Below the pieces are notes generated by a model, which saw nothing but the letters and a program-made list of their open reading frames with translations, was not told the DNA's origin and searched no databases. 64,000 nucleotides of DNA from a virus. Lineage: Duplodnaviria; Caudoviricetes. The first letter of the stretch is position 1, and each line of letters starts with the position of its first letter. The stretch covers positions 756-64,755 of the IMG/VR virus record IMGVR_UViG_3300043811_000176; one strand, given 5' to 3'. The position numbers and the translations under genes are program-made. Shown here in pieces: positions 37,697 through 46,582 of this stretch.

Positions 37697-38296
37697 TTAC
37701 CTTACTCCTCGCGAACTGCCTCGGACTTCGTTGATCGCCTCGCCGGCCATCTTGCGAAGCAAGGGTTCGTTCTCGCCTTTGGTATCGATCAGCTTCTTCC
37801 AATCGGCGTCCGTCTCATTGGCGAGCGCCTCGGAGAAATTCCAGCCGCCGGACCCGGTCGGCATCGCCGGCTCGATCGGCGGCATCTGGCTCTCGATCCA
37901 TTTGGCGGCGATTGCGACGTCGAGGATTCCCTTTTCCTCCATGACCGCCTTGACCTTGGCGATCCCGTCATCAGTCCACCGCTCGCGGCGAAGCTGGGCA
38001 AAACCTGCATCCTGCTCCGACCGGATGCGATCGAGCTTCACGTTCTTCTCGCGATCCGCATTCTCGGCCGCGCGCGCCGCGCGCTCATCGGCGAGGTCTT
38101 TTTCGAGCTTGGAAAAGCGATCCTCGGTCGGATCCGGTTTCTCCAGCTCTTTGACGGCAGGATCTTCCGGACGGACATCCTTGAGCGCTTCAAGCAGCTT
38201 GCGCTTCGCGCCCGGCGACCGCGTCATCGCAGTGACGGTCTCGCCCAGCCGGCGAAGCCGAAGCAATTCCTGCTCGTCGATCTCGACTTGCGGCAT
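37697..38296 (-). CDS. capsid scaffolding protein
   Basis: Charged coiled coil immediately upstream of MCP. Confidence 0.7.
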   Translation of the reverse strand: MPQVEIDEQELLRLRRLGETVTAMTRSPGAKRKLLEALKDVRPEDPAVKELEKPDPTEDRFSKLEKDLADERAARAAENADREKNVKLDRIRSEQDAGFAQLRRERWTDDGIAKVKAVMEEKGILDVAIAAKWIESQMPPIEPAMPTGSGGWNFSEALANETDADWKKLIDTKGENEPLLRKMAGEAINEVRGSSRGVR

Positions 38297-38475
38297 CACT
38301 TCGTCCCGATGCTGGTGCCGCCATTGGGCACATGACTGATCGTCAAGACGCCGGACTTCTGCTGCGCCGGCAGCGCGCTCTTGCGTCCCTGAAGCTCGAT
38401 CTCTTCCATTCCGACGCGCACGATCTGCTCGTCGGAAGTCGGAACGGATTTCGCCGGGTTGTGGAAGAGGTCCAT
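38296..38475 (-). CDS. 59-aa hypothetical protein (missed by ORF track)
   Basis: AAAGGA SD; MDLFHNPAKS..GTSIGTK; TGATG coupling to scaffold. Confidence 0.65.
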   Translation of the reverse strand: MDLFHNPAKSVPTSDEQIVRVGMEEIELQGRKSALPAQQKSGVLTISHVPNGGTSIGTK

Positions 38476-38487
38476 GAATCGAATCCT

Positions 38488-39048
38488 TTACATCGGGGTC
38501 GGCGGCTTTTGCGACGCGGGCGGGGCAGGCGGCGTTTCAGTCTTCGGGTAAAACGGTTTATCGACTGCTGCCTTGTCGGCTGCTGCCTTGTCGGCTGCTG
38601 CCTTGTCGGCTGCTGCCTTGTCGGCTGCTGCCTTGTCGGCTGCTGCCTTGTCGGCTGCTGCCTTGTCGGCTGCCGCCGAAACCGGCTCGATCGGCTTCGG
38701 AACCTTGTAAGGAGCCGCTCCAACCGCGCCCTCGCAAGCGCGGACTCGCCCTTCCAGTTCGACCAACTTCTCGGCATGCTCGTGCGGCAACTTGGTCGCA
38801 TCGTTGACCGACCGGCGAAACTCGACGCCGTCAGTCGTCAGCGCCGCAACATTACCCTCGACAGTCGTGAGCCGGTCGGCATTAATTCGCGCCTGCGAAA
38901 GCGCCTTGAGATGCGAATACTCCGCATGACTCATTCGATTGCGAAGATCTTCAAGCCCGGCAGCCAGGACGCGCGAATCCAGCTCGTGCACATCAACGCC
39001 AGGATCTTTCAATTTCGCAATCAAGGTATCGAGATCGGTGACGGGCAT
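38488..39048 (-). CDS. coiled-coil protein with ADKAA repeats
   Basis: GAGGAG SD; 186 aa. Confidence 0.7.
   Translation of the reverse strand: MPVTDLDTLIAKLKDPGVDVHELDSRVLAAGLEDLRNRMSHAEYSHLKALSQARINADRLTTVEGNVAALTTDGVEFRRSVNDATKLPHEHAEKLVELEGRVRACEGAVGAAPYKVPKPIEPVSAAADKAAADKAAADKAAADKAAADKAAADKAAADKAAVDKPFYPKTETPPAPPASQKPPTPM
38566..38670. repeat. perfect 15-bp tandem repeat x7
   Basis: (TGCTGCCTTGTCGGC)7, encodes ADKAA on the - strand. Confidence 0.95.
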
Positions 39049-39060
39049 GAGCCAGGCTCC

Positions 39061-39273
39061 TCAATAACCGTGCCCGCGACGCGGGCGAATGACGTTGACG
39101 ACGCTCTGAGCATCATTGGCTCGATCGGCGTAGCGCTCCTGCAGCGTCTGCGAGACGCGCACCGGGCCTTCATTACGAGGCGCTGGCATCGGACCCAGAA
39201 ACACTGTGTTGTCGGACGCGCGCTTGACATGCGCGTTGTCCGGCATCGGCGTCTTGTTTTCAAAAAGATTCAT
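39061..39273 (-). CDS. hypothetical protein
   Basis: ATGA-coupled in head operon. Confidence 0.6.
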   Translation of the reverse strand: MNLFENKTPMPDNAHVKRASDNTVFLGPMPAPRNEGPVRVSQTLQERYADRANDAQSVVNVIRPRRGHGY

Positions 39274-39656
39274 GCAGCCATTCCCGGCATCTGCGGCTGG
39301 CCCTGCTGCCCTTGAGGTTTCATGAGCTGCTGATTGGTCTGCGACGCCTGCATGTTCTTCATAGCCATCTGATCGATCGCATTGCGCTCGGACGCCTGCG
39401 TGTTCGACCCCGCCGGAACGTGCTTCAGTCCCATTTCAATCATTTTGTTGATGGTCTTGCCGAGGTCGGTCGCGCCGGCCATCGGCAAGAGATCCATCAG
39501 GTTTTTGATCACCAGCCCCAGGCGCTGCATCGCAGCCGCTTCATACCCCTTGTTGGGAGTCGGACCCGTCGCCGAGCTTACTCCCATCGGAGGGGATTGC
39601 GTCTGCTGCGGTCGGGGAAGCCCCGAGCCTGCAGGCATGGGCATGGCGTCAGGCAT
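39270..39656 (-). CDS. Met/Pro/Gln-rich head-module protein
   Basis: 128 aa, near the start of the head operon. Confidence 0.65.
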   Translation of the reverse strand: MPDAMPMPAGSGLPRPQQTQSPPMGVSSATGPTPNKGYEAAAMQRLGLVIKNLMDLLPMAGATDLGKTINKMIEMGLKHVPAGSNTQASERNAIDQMAMKNMQASQTNQQLMKPQGQQGQPQMPGMAA

Positions 39657-39657
39657 G

Positions 39658-39696
39658 TTACCGGCGGCCCTTGCGCCCCTTGCGTCGATTACGCAT
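39658..39696 (-). CDS. 12-aa Arg/Lys micropeptide MRNRRKGRKGRR
   Basis: CAGGAG SD, ATG at 39696, TAA 1 nt before next ATG. Confidence 0.55.
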   Translation of the reverse strand: MRNRRKGRKGRR

Positions 39697-39827
39697 CGGA
39701 AGTCTCCTGGTTAGGGGGTTGGTCCAAAACACGCGAATTATCCGACACTTGGCGAGAGTGGCCCACGTGGTTTGATAAGACCGAGGCGGGTTGCAACAGA
39801 TCAAAAAAGCGGCTAGGTTGCGACAAC

Positions 39828-40043
39828 ATGGTCGACGGAACGGCAACGCGCTGGCTCACGCCCAAGCAAATCTGCGCCGACATGGGCGTGCATTACGACG
39901 CCTTCAGGCGCATCCTGCGCCGCGGCGACGGCCCTAAATTCAAGCGCTATGGAGCGCGCTACCTGATCCGGAAGGACTGGTACGAAGAGTGGATCGAGAC
40001 GAATGATGTTAGACCGCAAAACACTAGAGCAGCAGCTGGCTGA
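39828..40043 (+). CDS. excisionase/AlpA-like HTH DNA-binding protein
   Basis: 'WLTPKQICADMGVHYDAFRRILRRGDGPKFKRYGARYLI'. Confidence 0.75.
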   Translation: MVDGTATRWLTPKQICADMGVHYDAFRRILRRGDGPKFKRYGARYLIRKDWYEEWIETNDVRPQNTRAAAG

Positions 40044-40236
40044 ATACGTTAAATTGACGCCAGCACCTGCCCCGGCACCGCCAGTTATCGTAAGTCCAAT
40101 GACGCGCGCCGAAGCAATCGAATGGATCAAGAGTATAGCGGCTGCGTTCAAGTCGGAATTTTGTTGCACCGACAAGCATCACCAAGAAGTAAACTTGGAA
40201 CTAGTCGAAGTTCTCAAATGGATCAAAGAGGAATAA
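40003..40236 (+). CDS. hypothetical protein
   Basis: In + strand cassette. Confidence 0.5.
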   Translation: MMLDRKTLEQQLAEYVKLTPAPAPAPPVIVSPMTRAEAIEWIKSIAAAFKSEFCCTDKHHQEVNLELVEVLKWIKEE

Positions 40237-40239
40237 AAG

Positions 40240-40638
40240 ATGTTCAGCCTGACAATCGTTTTCGGACCCGGCCCGATGGTGTGGACGTTGATGTTCAAGA
40301 CAGAAGAAAAACTAAAATTCGCCCTTGAAGAACTCGCCTTTCGATCTACAGACGGGCACGCTGGCCACAAAGAAGCATTTTGCGTTACGGACGATTTCGG
40401 ACAGAATTGCGCGATCCGAGATGCTCAAGTTCACGGCTTCATGTCCGAAAATCTCGACGAATCCAAGCATGCCCACATCGAGCGCGCACTTCACCAAGCC
40501 CGCACCAAGATCACCGCCGACAAGCTGGCCGAAGTCGATCCCGTCATCAAGGAAGCCGCTCGGCGCCAGCAAGGCGGGATGCCGATGATCCAGCCGATGC
40601 ACGCAATGCCGGGGCCGAACGGACGCTTTCCATCGTGA
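40240..40638 (+). CDS. hypothetical protein
   Basis: GAGG SD, 132 aa. Confidence 0.65.
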   Translation: MFSLTIVFGPGPMVWTLMFKTEEKLKFALEELAFRSTDGHAGHKEAFCVTDDFGQNCAIRDAQVHGFMSENLDESKHAHIERALHQARTKITADKLAEVDPVIKEAARRQQGGMPMIQPMHAMPGPNGRFPS

Positions 40639-40997
40639 ACCGGCGCGAATTCATTAAGGGAGCGCTTGCCGCGTGGGCAGCGCTCCCGATTGCCAAGATC
40701 ACGCCCTCTATCGCGATGATAAGTCCCAACTATCTGGTCGAGCTGACAGCAATAACCCGAAAGGCATTTTTGCCGAGGCTATCGCAATACTGCACGCACA
40801 CCATCCTTTACCACACAGAAGACGTGCCGCTGGAATTCAACGGATTCCAAATGCTTCTACCGACCTCCACATCCGACATCAACGGCGCCCGCCTCCCAAC
40901 TGCTTCGCCAGAACCTTCTCGGCCGCCTCCGGATTCTCCGACATCAGCTGCCGAATCATCGCCTGCTTCTCCTTCGCCGCTTCGCGGTTCTGATTGA
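40635..40997 (+). CDS. twin-arginine-leader protein containing two MCP-like segments
   Basis: GTGA coupling; 'MNRREFIKGALAAW', 'ELTAITRKAFLPRL', 'TILYHTEDVPLEFNGFQMLLP'. Confidence 0.7.
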   Translation: MNRREFIKGALAAWAALPIAKITPSIAMISPNYLVELTAITRKAFLPRLSQYCTHTILYHTEDVPLEFNGFQMLLPTSTSDINGARLPTASPEPSRPPPDSPTSAAESSPASPSPLRGSD

Positions 40998-42624
40998 GCG
41001 CATCCTGCACATTCGGAAACGGCATGTTATTGAGAACGTACTCAGCTTGCACCAAACCTTTGGAATGCGCCGCCATGATCAATTGCGCGTTCTCGTCCGA
41101 GAAGATCGGCGATGAAGAATGCGAATCCACGGTGACACGCCAATCCTCGGGCATGTCGGTCAGCTTGAATTCCGTCTCGCGTACATCCTGAATCGTATCG
41201 GCCTTGGTCCAGTAGACCGAATCGTCTTTGGCTTCTTTGATTTCCAACGCGAGATCGCCCGCAACTGCGCAATTGCGCTCGGCGATCAATGCGCGATCGC
41301 GCAGCGTCGGCGACCCTGTCTTCATGAGAGTTCCGGCATGCGCTCCCGCTCGCACCCCCTGCTCGCCTTGTCCCTGCATGATCGGCGGAAAGCCCGCGTT
41401 GATATCCATCTGCTCGATCACGAACTTGATTACCGGCAACAATTCCGGCGGGAAACTAGGCGTCATGTCCTCGATCTTGGAATTAGAATCGAGGTTGCCG
41501 AACCCGGCCATTCGCATCTGGCCGTACAGTTCATCGGTGATACGATTCTCGCCGACAAAGAAAAGGATCTTGTCGACCTGGACCCCGATCAAACGGCGCA
41601 TGTCGTCCAGCAAACCAGCCAGGAGCGACTGCGGCTCAGCCATGTTGACGAGTTCAGACTTGCCCCAGAACCATCCAGAAGTCTCGTTGACCTGTATCGA
41701 CCGATACGGTTGGCAATGCGACATAAGCCCAAGAAGATTGGAATGCTTGAGCACCTTCCCGCCCATGGCGGGAGGCGAAATCAAAATATCCGGCTCGATC
41801 AACTGAATCGTGACGTAATCATCCTGCCCCTGCACCCACAACTCGTGCATAGTCACCGTCTCGGCAGCGACTTGCGGCCCCATGATCTGGAACGAACCCC
41901 CGCTCGACACGTTAACCATCCCTCCCGGAAGCGTCCCCGAGAATCCGTTGGGATTATTAGTCTGGAGCTGACTGGTCGAAAGCACCTGGTGAAAGAACGA
42001 CTGGTTCGCATCCTGCGTCTGCCCCGGTGCAGCGTGCGCGCGGATGCGCTCGAACAGCTTGACGGCGTTATCCTGATGCCAAATGCGGCGCCAAACTTCA
42101 GGAAGCGTCAACGATGTCGTCTCGCAGAGCGCTTCCTGGAGCGAAATGTCGGACTCGGATTCCTTGTAGACTCCAAAATTCCACGGCATGACCAACTTGG
42201 CGTATTGCTTGGAAACTTCACCTTTGCCCTCGGATTGCGCCCACTGCTTGAGTCCGCACCAGCCGTATTTGAGGGCCTCGAACACGCCGCGACCAAAGAG
42301 GATATCGGTCGACGATCGGTCCCACTGACGTGTCAACTGCAAAGCAGCGACACGAGCCTGATCCAAGTTCTTCTTGGGATACATCCGATCGAAATCGACC
42401 GAGAATTTGAGTTCGACCGGCGAGAAAATGTGCGCCGCCGCGCGCGCTAAGTGCGGATCGATCTTGTTGATCAATGCCTTCTGACCGTCATAACGACCAG
42501 TTTCGGCGATCTGGTTGAGGCTCATATAATAAGCCGAACGCGATGCTGCCGACACCCGGCACTGCTCCACCATCTGCCGAGCGAAGGTGCGAAGCGCGTT
42601 GAGTTCGGTCGGGACTTCGATCAT
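40879..42624 (-). CDS. portal protein
   Basis: 581 aa between terminase and scaffold/MCP; 'WFWGKSEL', 'MQGQGEQGVRAG'. Confidence 0.8.
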   Translation of the reverse strand: MIEVPTELNALRTFARQMVEQCRVSAASRSAYYMSLNQIAETGRYDGQKALINKIDPHLARAAAHIFSPVELKFSVDFDRMYPKKNLDQARVAALQLTRQWDRSSTDILFGRGVFEALKYGWCGLKQWAQSEGKGEVSKQYAKLVMPWNFGVYKESESDISLQEALCETTSLTLPEVWRRIWHQDNAVKLFERIRAHAAPGQTQDANQSFFHQVLSTSQLQTNNPNGFSGTLPGGMVNVSSGGSFQIMGPQVAAETVTMHELWVQGQDDYVTIQLIEPDILISPPAMGGKVLKHSNLLGLMSHCQPYRSIQVNETSGWFWGKSELVNMAEPQSLLAGLLDDMRRLIGVQVDKILFFVGENRITDELYGQMRMAGFGNLDSNSKIEDMTPSFPPELLPVIKFVIEQMDINAGFPPIMQGQGEQGVRAGAHAGTLMKTGSPTLRDRALIAERNCAVAGDLALEIKEAKDDSVYWTKADTIQDVRETEFKLTDMPEDWRVTVDSHSSSPIFSDENAQLIMAAHSKGLVQAEYVLNNMPFPNVQDALNQNREAAKEKQAMIRQLMSENPEAAEKVLAKQLGGGRR

Positions 42625-42625
42625 T

Positions 42626-43225
42626 TTATACTCGGGGCCTGTAATTCGCGGCAAACATCTCATTCGCCGGTCGACTGACGGTCGCGTCAGGCCCCATGCG
42701 CTCACCGTGCGCCTGATTGAGCGTGCGTTGCATCTTGGCGCCCACATTAGGCATAATTGAGCCTTTAACCCCCTCTGCAATGTGCCCGCTCGCTACGCCG
42801 GCTCCAAAATGCAGCCCCGCTTCGCCTCCACCTGCACCAAAACCGAACATGGAATTGGGATTCACCGCGGCGATGGCATCCATCTGCCGGGTCACGTCGT
42901 TATCGACCGGTATCGCGGCAATGTCCCCCTGCTTCATATTGTCGCGGAGGTTGGTGATTTTCAAGCCCGACATCTCGGACGGCGAGCAGCCCGCCTGCTC
43001 GGCGGCAGCATACATCCGGTCTTCGGACGACTTTTCCATCGCCCTGTAGACGCCGTCGCTACAACGTGTTGAAAAGCTTAGAATATTCGGTACGACGACA
43101 TCGGCGTCATCGCGATCGTGGCCAACATAGGCGCCGCACTCGGGGCAATCCCTGGGGTAGGGCTCCGAGACCGCGAGCCAGCGAAACTTGGTCTTGCACA
43201 TAGGGCAGCGGATGACGACGGCCAT
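42626..43225 (-). CDS. Zn-ribbon-containing hypothetical protein
   Basis: CPMC..CPEC. Confidence 0.65.
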   Translation of the reverse strand: MAVVIRCPMCKTKFRWLAVSEPYPRDCPECGAYVGHDRDDADVVVPNILSFSTRCSDGVYRAMEKSSEDRMYAAAEQAGCSPSEMSGLKITNLRDNMKQGDIAAIPVDNDVTRQMDAIAAVNPNSMFGFGAGGGEAGLHFGAGVASGHIAEGVKGSIMPNVGAKMQRTLNQAHGERMGPDATVSRPANEMFAANYRPRV

Positions 43226-43437
43226 CAATACCTCCGAATCAACACTTCCTCGATTGCTGCCCGACGCTTCACAAGCATGATTTTCAGCTCCTCATCTACA
43301 CTTGGCGGCACCTTCGTATCCCCCGAAAGCCAACGTCGCACCGTACGATCGCTGACCGATAGCGCCTTCGCCAACTCAGTCTGCCAACGAACCCCAAATA
43401 GCAACTCTCCGAATTTGCGCAGACGATTCGACACCAT
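43225..43437 (-). CDS. HTH transcriptional regulator
   Basis: 'WQTELAKALSVSDRTVRRWLSG'. Confidence 0.8.
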   Translation of the reverse strand: MVSNRLRKFGELLFGVRWQTELAKALSVSDRTVRRWLSGDTKVPPSVDEELKIMLVKRRAAIEEVLIRRY

Positions 43438-43453
43438 CGACGCCTCCGACTTG

Positions 43454-43687
43454 TTACAGGCCGCCGAAGCCAGTAAATTGACCCTGCACCATCAGTGAGT
43501 TTACCACAACTTTATCCATATGAGTCTGGCGTGGAGACCCGTTCCACAGTTCTTCCCGAGTTTGCACCAAAGTGCCGACTTTAGCACCGCCAATTTCTTG
43601 CGACACCCATGGCGGATTCTTAACAACCTCTTGCACCGCTACCGGCACCGCAGTAAGCCAACCGAACAACGTTCTACGATTCAACAC
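43454..43687 (-). CDS. twin-arginine-leader protein ending in an MCP-like segment
   Basis: 'MLNRRTLFGWLTAVPVAV'..'MVQGQFTGFGGL'; GGAGG SD. Confidence 0.7.
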   Translation of the reverse strand: MLNRRTLFGWLTAVPVAVQEVVKNPPWVSQEIGGAKVGTLVQTREELWNGSPRQTHMDKVVVNSLMVQGQFTGFGGL

Positions 43688-43688
43688 C

Positions 43689-45620
43689 TCAATACCTCCG
43701 ACCTTGTCCGTAACGCCATGCTTGCCGATTCATCGCCACGGCCTCCTGCCGGCGCGCAGCGCCCTTGGCCGCGAAGAAATTGTCAAGGTTATTCTGATTG
43801 AAAAGCGCCACCTGGTCAAGAATCGACAGACGCTGTCGGGCTTCCTCCGCGGCGCGCGTGCGGCGCTGCCCGACGAGCCCTTGCCGGATCTTGGTCGCCC
43901 AGTAGTAATTGGCGAGCGCCATCGCCACCGCGCGATCGTCACGAAGCGAGGTCGGAGCGCCAATCGAATCTCCATCGCGCGAGATCGATCGCAATTCCTC
44001 GATCAGGTCGAGCGAGCGGATACGAAGCTTGCCGGCCGAGGCGATATCCCGGAGCTGCTCCATGATCGTGATCTTCAAACGCGTATTCGTGAGCCAGTGA
44101 TAATTGTATCCGGCGCCCATCGAATCCGGACGCGTGTATATGTAAGTCCGTACATTCCTGAAAATGTTTGCGAGTCCCTGCTCCTCTACGGATTTGCGAG
44201 CGCTCGGCGAGTTCTCGATATAGAACTTCAAAGCTTTGATCTCGTTGAAGACGGCGGTTCCAGGACCGTTGAGTTCGAGGATGTATCGGCACTCGGCCCG
44301 AGGACTGGCGCCGTACCAACCCATGAGTGCGGCCAAGGTCCATGCGAGGTGTCTTGTAGTTTGAAGGGGCCAGGCGTACTCGGCGACTTGATCAACTCCA
44401 TCGGCATAACATCGGAGCACCTCGATAGCCGAGTTGCAGTTATTCTCGTTTTCTCCGTAGGCGGGATCGAGTGCAAAGACATATACTCCCTCCGAATTAG
44501 GCTCCTCCCACACCTTCAACTCCGTCGAAGGGAGGTTGTTGGCGCGATAAACCTTCATGTCGACGAATTCCTCGCCGGCCACGAAAAGATAAGGCTGGAA
44601 CTTCTTGTTGACGTACTTGTTGGTGATGTCGGTCAGGTTGTTGGAAGCGAAGAAAACCGAGCCGGTTTGCTGGAAGCTCTCTTCCTCCGTCCAGGGCTGC
44701 TCCTGAATTCGCAGCGCATTACCTTCAAAATTAAAATCGCTGCCCTCCTGATCCGCCTGCCCGAGGCTGGGATTCATCTTGCGGCGATACCAGGCAAGCT
44801 GCTCGATATCGACATCAACGTCGTACCGTTCCTTCACCTCCTTGATCTTGGCTGCTTCCTTGGCGGTCGGAGGATCCTTGGCGTAAAGATGATAATCGAT
44901 ATCGGCAGGCGTGATGCGCTGCGTACCCTTGCTCCACCAACCGAGGAAAATGCACTTACAGTGCATGGGATCGCTGCGCGCATCCTTCCAAAGCGTCCAC
45001 CAGCGATTAAAACCGCGTGCCGTCGATTCGTAGATGTAAAGCCGGTCAGGGTTGATGTCGGAGAGCGAGTTCTCGAAGGCTTCGAGACCTTCGTCGTTAT
45101 CCCAGGAACAAAGCTCGGACAAGTGCGCCACGGACAGACCGACCGATCGCCCGAGCGTTCCCGACGTCTTGGACTTCTTGACGCCGGCCGACATGAACAG
45201 AACCTTGGAATCGTTGGCAAGCGCCAAGCCGGTGCGGTTGTTCGAAGTGATGGCAGGAAAGCGAAGCGCGGGCGGAAGGTCGTTGATCATTACCTCCAGC
45301 TCGGCGCGGGACTCGGACTTATTCGAATCCGTGTCGAAGACGATCGCACCCTTTAGCCCCTTGTGCACGCCAAGGAAAAATATGATCAGAGCGCGGATGA
45401 TCGTCGAGATGCCGAGCTGACGGGACTTGAGAATATAAATCTTGTGAATGCCGGCTTCGAGAGCGTCAAAAATCTGGGTGATGACATCGATCTGTCCCTG
45501 GTACAGGTTGTCGCCAAGGCAAATCTGCCCCGCGTCCTTCGAATTAACGAAGCAGCTGCGAAGGTAAATGTAGAACGCAGTCTCGACGCGGTCTCGTTTA
45601 AGTGCTGACCAGCCTGCCAT
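43689..45620 (-). CDS. terL: terminase large subunit
   Basis: Walker A 'LKSRQLGIST', Walker B 'HLSEL', 'ESTARG', nuclease 'ALDPAYG'..'DDRAVA'. Confidence 0.92.
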   Translation of the reverse strand: MAGWSALKRDRVETAFYIYLRSCFVNSKDAGQICLGDNLYQGQIDVITQIFDALEAGIHKIYILKSRQLGISTIIRALIIFFLGVHKGLKGAIVFDTDSNKSESRAELEVMINDLPPALRFPAITSNNRTGLALANDSKVLFMSAGVKKSKTSGTLGRSVGLSVAHLSELCSWDNDEGLEAFENSLSDINPDRLYIYESTARGFNRWWTLWKDARSDPMHCKCIFLGWWSKGTQRITPADIDYHLYAKDPPTAKEAAKIKEVKERYDVDVDIEQLAWYRRKMNPSLGQADQEGSDFNFEGNALRIQEQPWTEEESFQQTGSVFFASNNLTDITNKYVNKKFQPYLFVAGEEFVDMKVYRANNLPSTELKVWEEPNSEGVYVFALDPAYGENENNCNSAIEVLRCYADGVDQVAEYAWPLQTTRHLAWTLAALMGWYGASPRAECRYILELNGPGTAVFNEIKALKFYIENSPSARKSVEEQGLANIFRNVRTYIYTRPDSMGAGYNYHWLTNTRLKITIMEQLRDIASAGKLRIRSLDLIEELRSISRDGDSIGAPTSLRDDRAVAMALANYYWATKIRQGLVGQRRTRAAEEARQRLSILDQVALFNQNNLDNFFAAKGAARRQEAVAMNRQAWRYGQGRRY

Positions 45621-45637
45621 TCCGGCAGGTTAGCAGG

Positions 45638-45904
45638 TCAACGGAACCCCTGCAACCGACGCTGCTGGTCCTTGAGTTCCTCCAATTGAAGCTGGAGCTT
45701 CGTCTGGATCGTCGAATAGAACTGGGCGAGATCGCCCTTGGGGTCCACGACCAGGAACTCGATCGGATCGACACTACCGGGAGGTACGATCACGCACGCG
45801 CCGCCGAATTCCGCGGGATTGCGCTCGATGCGGTCGGCCATGGCGCGGAACCGATCCGCCAGCTTTCGGTCGAGGGCCTCGATGAGGGGTTGGCCGTCGT
45901 TCAT
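45638..45904 (-). CDS. hypothetical protein
   Basis: Directly upstream of terL. Confidence 0.6.
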   Translation of the reverse strand: MNDGQPLIEALDRKLADRFRAMADRIERNPAEFGGACVIVPPGSVDPIEFLVVDPKGDLAQFYSTIQTKLQLQLEELKDQQRRLQGFR

Positions 45905-46206
45905 GTCAACCTCTCTTTGTGCTTCTCGACGACCTTCGCGAGCTTCTTCTGAACTTGCTCGTCGAGCTTCGCGCCTTCAATATCGAAGCATCGAGCCAAG
46001 AGTTCCAGGTACACGCGAATATCGGCAAGCTCGTCCCTGATTTCTTCCGTGAGATCGGCGCCGTCCCGCCACCGCTTCTTAATCATGTTAGCGAGTTCGC
46101 CGGCCTCTCCGCACAAGGCCAGTGCTAGAAATCGTTCGTCCTCGGAGGCATATGAAGGAAACAGGTGTTTAGTCATGCGCTCGTGCAACGAGTAGATATC
46201 GATCAT
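45901..46206 (-). CDS. MazG-like NTP pyrophosphohydrolase
   Basis: 'LCGEAGELANMIKK..DELADIRVY'; may start further up at 46308. Confidence 0.85.
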   Translation of the reverse strand: MIDIYSLHERMTKHLFPSYASEDERFLALALCGEAGELANMIKKRWRDGADLTEEIRDELADIRVYLELLARCFDIEGAKLDEQVQKKLAKVVEKHKERLT

Positions 46207-46304
46207 GCCGTATCCTTTCCAGCCTCTACCGCCAGACGCAACTCGCGCCCGTATTAATTCGTACGCGATCGACGCTTTTTCGAAGATCATCGCTTGCGTC
46301 GTAA

Positions 46305-46520
46305 TCACCGATAGCTGTGTCCATAATATGGTTTTATCTCGCTATTGAGCATTGCCCCAACCGAAGGCGCATTGGCAACGCGGAGCGCCACATCCTCGGG
46401 CACACCCTCGTAAGCGGAGACCTTGCCCGATTTAGACCAAGTTATGAGCAGCTCGCCTGTGTCAGAATCAAATCCGACCTCGCTGACGACGGACGAATAA
46501 ACGGATTGGGACCAGCTCAT
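46305..46520 (-). CDS. KTSC domain protein
   Basis: 'SSVVSEVGFD..YEGVPEDV..APSVGAMLNSEIK'. Confidence 0.85.
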   Translation of the reverse strand: MSWSQSVYSSVVSEVGFDSDTGELLITWSKSGKVSAYEGVPEDVALRVANAPSVGAMLNSEIKPYYGHSYR

Positions 46521-46582
46521 GTCACCTCCTCGAACTTGTCGAGAATGACCTTGGATTTCCCCGTACCCATGTGATCACTCAT
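46517..46582 (-). CDS. 21-aa micropeptide with Walker-A-like motif
   Basis: MSDHMGTGKSKVILDKFEEVT; ATGA overlaps at both ends. Confidence 0.5.
   Translation of the reverse strand: MSDHMGTGKSKVILDKFEEVT

Noticed and set aside
38332-39315. Cys-rich (GCCLV)n and (RQQPT)n ORFs
   Set aside because: Alternative-frame readings of the 15-bp ADKAA repeat.
36580-43687. MCP-like segments as DGR template/variable repeats or CRISPR-type spacers
   Set aside because: No reverse transcriptase; differences are mostly third-position synonymous, not adenine-specific; nucleotide identity is too broken for guide pairing.
43572-45356. 594-aa + strand ORF and other long antisense ORFs (35142, 41119, 4544)
   Set aside because: Antisense shadows of high-GC genes (terL, decoration protein, portal, cupin); no motifs or SD.
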